A stretch of 64,000 nt of DNA, taken from a virus. Shown here piece after piece: positions 57,521 through 64,000 of this stretch. The number at the start of each line of letters is the position of its first letter. Position 1 is the stretch's first letter. The DNA is taken from IMG/VR virus record IMGVR_UViG_3300025639_000003, one strand, 5' to 3'. Position numbers and translations under genes: made by a program. Below the pieces are notes generated by a model, which did not search any database, was not told the DNA's origin, and was given only the letters and a program-made list of their open reading frames with translations.

Positions 57521-57549
57521 AGTATAACGTACATTATCCCGAAAGTCAA
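57521..57549 (-). promoter_or_regulatory. Sigma70-type promoter TTGACT-N17-TATACT for the TET gene
   Basis: -35 overlaps the upstream stop codon. Confidence 0.65.
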
Positions 57550-58697
57550 GTAAAAAACTTATCAATCGAATTAATTCCATAATTATTACTGAAACAATCC
57601 CATTCATTATCCATCAAAATAACCTCTCCGGTTTCACGATAATGATTCTGTTTAATGGGTTGAATGCCCACATCCCATGGGTTGTCTTCTAATCTCAAAT
57701 ACTTAGGTAAACAATCTTTACGCATTTCCCAGAATATATCGAATTTTTTGCCCCATTCTAATTCGGCATATTTTATACGATTATACATCATATCCATATA
57801 AACATTAGGATAACGTCTTTTTGGTCTATACCACGACTTATAACAACATAGAGTTGATTCTAGAGTGAAATATGAAACATCCGGATGATCTATACGTTCA
57901 CGTGCGTCTTCAAGTAACTTCTGTCCTTCCATAGTCAACCATTCAACCATATCTGTATCGTATGTCACCTTTTCTTTCCACCAATCCAAATCGTCGCGAC
58001 CCAATACTTTACATATACCGTTTCGATGGGACTTTGAACCGCTCATATCTTCTAGAAAAAGATTATTGCAATCTAAATTTAAACCTTGTATTCTCAGATA
58101 TTCAAGATAAGAAAAGGTTGATAATCTACCGAACGACATAAAATTATTGCGAACTAAGTCCCAAGTCATCTCGAAATTTTTTCCTACATCATCCGTATTA
58201 CATACAGAATTAAACATAGCTGTTTGACTTCCAAATTTAGCTACATTCTCTTTATATGATTGTACGCACTGAGGAAACCCTGTTTTTCCTACTTTAAAAT
58301 ATTTGCGATCTAGGTCCCAACCACTCCCCACTTTATACTTATGTTGAACTCCGTTCCACCACTCGTTAAGGTCTTCAATTTCACATTCTTCAAGCGAAGG
58401 ATACCTTTCAAATATTTGCCAAGTGGTCACAATATTTTGGGAACACCCATTAATAAATGCAATCCATAAACGCTGCTCTTGGTCAAGATTAAATTTCCGA
58501 GTTAACCAAGGCATAGCAAAATACACGCCACCAGGATGAGATGCATATTTTAAATGAAACTCATAGAACCTTAGAAATACTTCTCTTCGATATTGCGGCA
58601 ATCTAAAATCAAAGCCACGTTGTAAATCTTGAACTTCGGAAACGCCTTTTAATTCAGACCCTCTACATAAATTTTTCAAGCGTTGCCCTCTTATCAT
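57546..58697 (-). CDS. Amino acid:DNA transferase / alpha-glutamyl-putrescinyl thymine pyrophosphorylase-like protein
   Basis: FGRLSTFSYLEYL, SGSKSHRNG, FTLESTLCCYK, RRYPNVY; gene context; clade uncertain. Confidence 0.65.
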   Translation of the reverse strand: MIRGQRLKNLCRGSELKGVSEVQDLQRGFDFRLPQYRREVFLRFYEFHLKYASHPGGVYFAMPWLTRKFNLDQEQRLWIAFINGCSQNIVTTWQIFERYPSLEECEIEDLNEWWNGVQHKYKVGSGWDLDRKYFKVGKTGFPQCVQSYKENVAKFGSQTAMFNSVCNTDDVGKNFEMTWDLVRNNFMSFGRLSTFSYLEYLRIQGLNLDCNNLFLEDMSGSKSHRNGICKVLGRDDLDWWKEKVTYDTDMVEWLTMEGQKLLEDARERIDHPDVSYFTLESTLCCYKSWYRPKRRYPNVYMDMMYNRIKYAELEWGKKFDIFWEMRKDCLPKYLRLEDNPWDVGIQPIKQNHYRETGEVILMDNEWDCFSNNYGINSIDKFFT

Positions 58698-59436
58698 CTA
58701 AAAAATAAAATCCATCATACGAACTACCCAACTTAAAATATTCCGTTTCAGTTTCATGTTTTCCCACAATGGCAGCAAAATATACTGCGTTTCTGTGCCT
58801 AAAGGCAGCTTTTATGATTGAATACCCGAAGTTCATATACAGCCAGTCGGAGTAACCTTTAATATAATCATCAGTATTATTTACTTCACAATCAAAAATT
58901 TTACCATATTTCTTACCGTGAATCTTCATAGAGTACGAAATAGAAGTATCAGTCCACACCACCAATTTAGGTTTAGTTGAAAACGCTCCATCAAATATAG
59001 TTTTCCATTCACGTGTAGTCCGTATTATACTTGAATTGGGGAAATCCATAAATTTTAAATCTGAATGGGTATTATATAAATCGTTGGCATTAGAACAAAT
59101 TACCGTTACATTCGATGGGAAATTGCTAGTAGATAAATGGTCTACACAGCTGCGATCAAGCTCATTAACTATATGGGTCTTCACTTTAAAGATTTTTTGA
59201 ATTATTAGAGTTTGTATACCAATACCAGACATAAACTCTAATACAGAATATTCTCTATCTTCATCAATAATATCCTTTAACAGCCATTTAGTTGCATATG
59301 CTTTACATGCAACTAAATCTGGGCGAGATGTGGCGTAATGAATATATGACCGATTGTATAAATTTTTATCTTCTTCATCTTTTAATTTGATATTAAAATT
59401 CAAATCCCACTCATTACATATTCTAGCAATCCTCAT
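58663..59436 (-). CDS. SAM-dependent methyltransferase-like protein
   Basis: Motif I VLEFMSGIG, acidic NELD, FMDFP. Confidence 0.55.
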   Translation of the reverse strand: MRIARICNEWDLNFNIKLKDEEDKNLYNRSYIHYATSRPDLVACKAYATKWLLKDIIDEDREYSVLEFMSGIGIQTLIIQKIFKVKTHIVNELDRSCVDHLSTSNFPSNVTVICSNANDLYNTHSDLKFMDFPNSSIIRTTREWKTIFDGAFSTKPKLVVWTDTSISYSMKIHGKKYGKIFDCEVNNTDDYIKGYSDWLYMNFGYSIIKAAFRHRNAVYFAAIVGKHETETEYFKLGSSYDGFYFLDDKRATLEKFM

Positions 59437-59444
59437 TTAATACC

Positions 59445-61166
59445 TCACGCAGCTATTCTCGAAAAACTTTTGATCTTTTCAAATTTAATCGTACTCCTGA
59501 ATCTGTCTATCAATTGATCACCTTTATGACTAATTACAAATATATTAGTATTATGTAGTTCATTAAACAACCCCATAAGGATATCACTTCCATTAGCGTC
59601 AACTGAGCCATCAAATACTTCATCAAGTATAAGTAGATTTGTATTAACGCTATTCTTCAACTTAGCCACTGATCTCCAAGTCAACATAAGACTAATATCA
59701 ATCCTCGCCTTTTCTCCTTCACTAAATGATGCATACGAAAATGCATCGCGATGCCTAGACTTGATGACTTCGTTGAACCCCTCATCCAGTTCAAAATTAA
59801 CAAAAAAATCCAATGTTGAAAGATACTTATTCACAAGTTTATTGATAATTGGTATATACTGCCGAATAATTATAGCTTTTATTCCACCATCTTTCAATAT
59901 TTGATTCGCATACTTAAACACTTCAGCTTCATCACTCAATTGTTTAGATTCTTCTTTATACGTTTCAGTTTGTTTCTTAAATTTTTCTATCTTATCATGA
60001 GGATTTTCTTCACCATTAGTATTCTTACTTTCTGTGAGAAGGTGGGCGATTTTTTGATTAGCACGATTTATATTATCTCCACATAATTTTTTCTCAAATT
60101 TGATATTAATTAGATCACTTTGGTGTTCTGCTATTTTGGTTTGAATAATGTGAATTTTATCTATTGCGCATATTAATTTTTCTTGTTCAATTTTTAATAG
60201 GGAAACTGCAGCATCAGTCTCATCAACAATATTTGAATTCTTTTTTATATGCTCAGTTTTATTTTCCCATTCAATAATTTGCTCGCATGTGGGGCAATGA
60301 TCATTCGATTGGTAGAACCTTAATCTTTTCTCGGCAGATGAAACTTTTTCTTGAAGTGTCATTAGTAAACTAGAAACTCTATCCGATTTTATTGAAATCT
60401 TATCTGAATTTGATATCGCCACAACCAAATTACTAATAGTGTCAGCAATTTCTTGTTCTCTAATAGTTGAATTGGAAACATCATTATCCCAATCAGAAAT
60501 TTCTTCCTCAAGTTCCTTTATTTGCTTATCCGTTTGCTCTTGCAGTTTCTTCAAATAAGTTTCTTGTACTTCAATCTTATCCTGTATCAATTCAATTTTA
60601 TTCTCTGCAGATAATCTATCGGATTTATTTTTTGAAATTCTATCCTTGAGCAATTGGTTCATGCCGCTAAATATTTGAATATCCAATAAGTCTTCAATAA
60701 CAGTCCTGCGGTCATTATTACTCAACTGCATAAATGGCGTAAAGGTTGCTGAACCCAATATAACTACTTGGGTGAATGACTTATAATTTAATTTTAATAT
60801 AGTATCTTCTAAAATAACCTGATAATCTTTCGACGCTCCTGGCTGATCTACCATTTTTCCATTTTTTATTATTTCAAAAATTGCTGGCGATATCCCACGA
60901 CGAACTTTATATAAATTTGTCCCAACTTTAAATTCAATTTCAACAAGGCAATCTCGCTTATTCACGCTATTTGATAATTGACCCTTTTTAATATTTCTAA
61001 ACGGCTTATTGAATAGAACAAACGTTAATGCGTCTAACATAGTAGACTTTCCTGCACCATTTTCGCCAACAACCACCGTGCTTGGGGATCTATCAAATTG
61101 AATTTCAGTAAACACGTTACCTGTAGAAAGGAAATTCTTCCACCTAATCTTCTCAAAATACAACAT
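59445..61166 (-). CDS. gp46: Recombination endonuclease subunit (Rad50/SbcC-like)
   Basis: GENGAGKS, CPTC hook, FSEGEKAR, ILDE, ISH. Confidence 0.97.
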   Translation of the reverse strand: MLYFEKIRWKNFLSTGNVFTEIQFDRSPSTVVVGENGAGKSTMLDALTFVLFNKPFRNIKKGQLSNSVNKRDCLVEIEFKVGTNLYKVRRGISPAIFEIIKNGKMVDQPGASKDYQVILEDTILKLNYKSFTQVVILGSATFTPFMQLSNNDRRTVIEDLLDIQIFSGMNQLLKDRISKNKSDRLSAENKIELIQDKIEVQETYLKKLQEQTDKQIKELEEEISDWDNDVSNSTIREQEIADTISNLVVAISNSDKISIKSDRVSSLLMTLQEKVSSAEKRLRFYQSNDHCPTCEQIIEWENKTEHIKKNSNIVDETDAAVSLLKIEQEKLICAIDKIHIIQTKIAEHQSDLINIKFEKKLCGDNINRANQKIAHLLTESKNTNGEENPHDKIEKFKKQTETYKEESKQLSDEAEVFKYANQILKDGGIKAIIIRQYIPIINKLVNKYLSTLDFFVNFELDEGFNEVIKSRHRDAFSYASFSEGEKARIDISLMLTWRSVAKLKNSVNTNLLILDEVFDGSVDANGSDILMGLFNELHNTNIFVISHKGDQLIDRFRSTIKFEKIKSFSRIAA

Positions 61167-61170
61167 TATA

Positions 61171-61815
61171 TTATTCCGCCACTTTCAGATAAGCATTACA
61201 TGCTATTACAGTTCTATTTAAAGATGACCGAATTGCGCCAGAACTTGTGCTGTGCTGCAGCCATCCAGGAAAAATTACCCATCCCCCAGTTCCGACCGAA
61301 TAAGATTTGGTCATAGAAGATTGATGAATTGACGTATTTGGATTATATACCGTAGTCCCATCAAATCCAGGATTGTCTAGGTAATATATACCAACAACCT
61401 GAGCAGGAAAATGATTATGTATAGGGTTATGTGAATGCGTATCTACGCTATTTTCCATATCCTTACTATAAAACCAAGCAGTAGTATAAGTCAATTCATA
61501 CATTTCTGGAGGTCCATACATTTCCCTAGCTAGAGATAAATAGTTCATTACGTGTTCGCTAAACGAATTGGCTAAATTTTCCCAATTAACTGACCAATGA
61601 TCTTGCCAGTTTTGAAATAATATTGGGTGTGATTGATATGCAGGAACACGCAAGTGGCGACCATCAGTAATGATATTATCAATATCATCCATCATTTCTT
61701 GAACATTTATATTCAATTTGGGGGTTTCATTAACCAATATTTTTGTCGGGAATATATCGTGAACTTCCATAATCACTCCATTTATGTAAGCATAAAAGAT
61801 TCGCCACAACCGCAA
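61171..61815 (-). CDS. Putative 2OG-Fe(II) oxygenase (TIGR02466-like)
   Basis: HNH...GIYYL, FPGWLQH, R..IACN. Confidence 0.7.
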   Translation of the reverse strand: MRLWRIFYAYINGVIMEVHDIFPTKILVNETPKLNINVQEMMDDIDNIITDGRHLRVPAYQSHPILFQNWQDHWSVNWENLANSFSEHVMNYLSLAREMYGPPEMYELTYTTAWFYSKDMENSVDTHSHNPIHNHFPAQVVGIYYLDNPGFDGTTVYNPNTSIHQSSMTKSYSVGTGGWVIFPGWLQHSTSSGAIRSSLNRTVIACNAYLKVAE

Positions 61816-62132
61816 GACCCCATCGAAGGGGAAGATATTTTAAATGTGGGAGAAAAGGGACCTCCGGTATAGTCAACGGTTGCATCTTTCATATAATTTA
61901 AAGTAAACTCATCCATAATAAATATAGTGCGGCAATCTTCTTGTTCAGCAACTTCACCGCCCATTGTTCCTGGTTTGCATGCTCGCCATATTATAACATC
62001 AATTTTATTGTCGATCTTATCAACAGTTTCCCATTTTCCAATAAGACCAGAACATCCTCCGCCATTTAAAGAATATCGTATAATACCACCAATTTCTTTA
62101 AATTGTGCCTTTGCAGATTCTGTAACTATCAT
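61782..62132 (-). CDS. iscA: IscA/HesB-type Fe-S cluster carrier
   Basis: GGGCSG; C-terminal CGCGESF. Confidence 0.85.
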   Translation of the reverse strand: MIVTESAKAQFKEIGGIIRYSLNGGGCSGLIGKWETVDKIDNKIDVIIWRACKPGTMGGEVAEQEDCRTIFIMDEFTLNYMKDATVDYTGGPFSPTFKISSPSMGSCGCGESFMLT

Positions 62133-63193
62133 AAATTTAATGATATTGCTTCATTATATAACGATCTCAACAAAAAGTCAAGTTTTTTCTTCGGTGCAGC
62201 CTTATCTAAAGTTTCTACATATTTGCTCATAATAGATACAGTATCCTCAGCTTCATTTATTATTTCCTCTTCGCTTGTTAAGTTTAAATTTAAATTGTCG
62301 TCAACTACCTGAATCTGTAGCGGATTCGATTTATACAATTTATCCATAAATAAGTCAAACCAATAAGGATTATCGCAATTTATCTTTATAACTTTCACAT
62401 AAGTATTAGCATATACGCTAACATCAATATCATCAACAAAATCACTTAATTTCTTGTTCGAGTCATCATAAAATATTTTATGAAAAATTGAGTATGGATT
62501 TCGAATAAATTCAAGTTCACGATTATCAGTATCATATATATGGAATCCTTTCGCATCTTGATAATCTATCCAAGTCATTTCATATGGACACCCCAAATAT
62601 TGAACGTTCCCAATTTTATTCTTATGGTGGAAATGCCCAGAATATACTGTTTCAAATTTATTAAATAATTTGACGTCCATCCCATGCTCATTTTTATTTC
62701 CTCTATCCATCAATGCGCCAGATACCTCTAAGTGCGACATCATAACCTGAGCCGAAGTTTGATCCATAGCAGTTATAGATTCATCATAGTTTTGAGCATT
62801 AATCCAAGGCATGAGTAGAATAGGTTGACCATCAAACTCAATTGTAGCTGGCTTTGAATAATATTTCACGTGAGTTCCGTCAAATAATTCTTTCATACTA
62901 TTGACTTCATTAGTATTTTTATATGGAACGTCGTGATTGCCAATTAATACGTGAATTGATATATTAAGTTCGTCGCATTTACTTACGAACATCTCCTTCA
63001 TTCGTTTAAGTGTTACATAAGATATATATTTCCTACGATCGACAATATCCCCCAAATGGATAATAGTATCAATCCTTTCTGATATGAGTGTAGGGAAGAA
63101 AATTTCATCATAAAACCTCTCAAAATAAGTTAAAAAATCGGTGTTATCGTTTCTAGCACCAAAGTGCGTATCAGTAATTAAGGCTATTTTCAT
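62129..63193 (-). CDS. gp47: Recombination endonuclease subunit (Mre11/SbcD-like)
   Basis: DTHFG, GDIVD, GNHD, GHFH. Confidence 0.97.
   Translation of the reverse strand: MKIALITDTHFGARNDNTDFLTYFERFYDEIFFPTLISERIDTIIHLGDIVDRRKYISYVTLKRMKEMFVSKCDELNISIHVLIGNHDVPYKNTNEVNSMKELFDGTHVKYYSKPATIEFDGQPILLMPWINAQNYDESITAMDQTSAQVMMSHLEVSGALMDRGNKNEHGMDVKLFNKFETVYSGHFHHKNKIGNVQYLGCPYEMTWIDYQDAKGFHIYDTDNRELEFIRNPYSIFHKIFYDDSNKKLSDFVDDIDVSVYANTYVKVIKINCDNPYWFDLFMDKLYKSNPLQIQVVDDNLNLNLTSEEEIINEAEDTVSIMSKYVETLDKAAPKKKLDFLLRSLYNEAISLNL
62153..62181 (-). promoter_or_regulatory. Sigma70-type promoter TTGACT-N17-TATAAT inside the 3' end of gene 47
   Basis: Exact hexamers upstream of iscA. Confidence 0.65.
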
Positions 63194-63196
63194 AAT

Positions 63197-63736
63197 TTAT
63201 GAATTATGTACAGTTTTACGGTTCTTCTTATTCCGTTCGGCAGTTTCATAATTTTCAATAAACTCAGTCATATATTCTTGCGATCCGGAACTTTGCTTTA
63301 TATCGTCCCCATAATTTACCGACTTATCATGGGTTTGCCGATCAGAAGTCGCCCCTGAAATATTTGCGTTTTCAGTTGCCTTATATTTTGTGTATAGATA
63401 TTTCTTTTCTTTTTGTATTCTGCGCAAAAATGCATAATATATGATTTGGGTGAAATATGCAAAAGGGTTGGTTGATTTTTCAGGATTAAAATTATCAATA
63501 TATTGGAGACAATTTTCTATACCATCTCCCACCATTTCATCACGAAAACTATAATTAGCAAAGTTTGGTCTGTATGATAAGTTATTTGCAATCTTCATGA
63601 TACATTCAGCCACATATGATGGAATTTGGGGTCGGGCATTTCCGCTATTTGTCGCTTCAGACACGTTCCCTTTATATTCGATCATTGCTGCTAAAAAGTC
63701 TTTATTATTGACATAATGTGTAGTTTTCTTAGCCAT
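63197..63736 (-). CDS. gp55: Late transcription sigma factor
   Basis: HYVNNKDF, DEMVGDGIENCL, NPFAYFTQI.YYAFLRRI. Confidence 0.97.
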   Translation of the reverse strand: MAKKTTHYVNNKDFLAAMIEYKGNVSEATNSGNARPQIPSYVAECIMKIANNLSYRPNFANYSFRDEMVGDGIENCLQYIDNFNPEKSTNPFAYFTQIIYYAFLRRIQKEKKYLYTKYKATENANISGATSDRQTHDKSVNYGDDIKQSSGSQEYMTEFIENYETAERNKKNRKTVHNS

Positions 63737-63748
63737 TTAATTTTTCCC

Positions 63749-63991
63749 TCAATGATATATTATTTCATTATTTGATTCTATAAATTCATCCATTAATTCG
63801 TCAATTAATTCTTCTTTCCCTCTCAAGGTTCTATCTGGAGATAATATTCTATCTATCGTTTCCGCATAATACTCTGCCATATACTTTGTTGCGTCCGACA
63901 TAGCGATTATATGGGATTCGCGAATATACATAATATTATTCTCTTCAGTCATAGGCATCCACTGATAAGCAATCATGCTCATTTTTTCCAT
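63749..63991 (-). CDS. Conserved hypothetical upstream of gene 55
   Basis: QWMP...HII. Confidence 0.55.
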   Translation of the reverse strand: MEKMSMIAYQWMPMTEENNIMYIRESHIIAMSDATKYMAEYYAETIDRILSPDRTLRGKEELIDELMDEFIESNNEIIYH

Positions 63992-64000
63992 AGTTGGAGA

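Noticed and set aside
1-64000. tRNA genes
   Set aside because: The only T-arm/acceptor signature I found belongs to the tmRNA; tRNAscan-SE was not run.

Overview
A 64-kb segment of an AT-rich T4-like myophage genome, similar to marine T4-like phages, with all convincing genes on the minus strand. It holds the T4 replication and transcription core: gp55, gp47, gp46, gp45, gp44, gp62, RegA, a split gp43, UvsX, gp41, gp61 and RNase H. Nucleotide-metabolism genes include NrdA, a glutaredoxin-NrdB fusion, ThyX and dCMP deaminase. Highlights: (1) a four-gene DNA base-hypermodification cluster (methyltransferase-like, amino acid:DNA-transferase-like, TET/JBP dioxygenase, P-loop kinase), three of whose products end in the same clamp-binding-type tail as the DNA polymerase; (2) a circularly permuted two-piece tmRNA whose intervening segment is an unusually long (~280 nt) structured RNA; (3) host-derived genes including formaldehyde-activating enzyme (fae, suggesting a methylotroph or methanotroph host), a TonB-dependent receptor, bfd, IscA/HesB, ppa, bS21 and phoH; (4) about ten ORFs with T4 internal-protein-like capsid-targeting leaders, several with enzyme motifs; (5) a glycan-modification cluster; (6) a repeated sigma70-type promoter cassette. 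All family calls come from motif recognition by eye; no searches were run.
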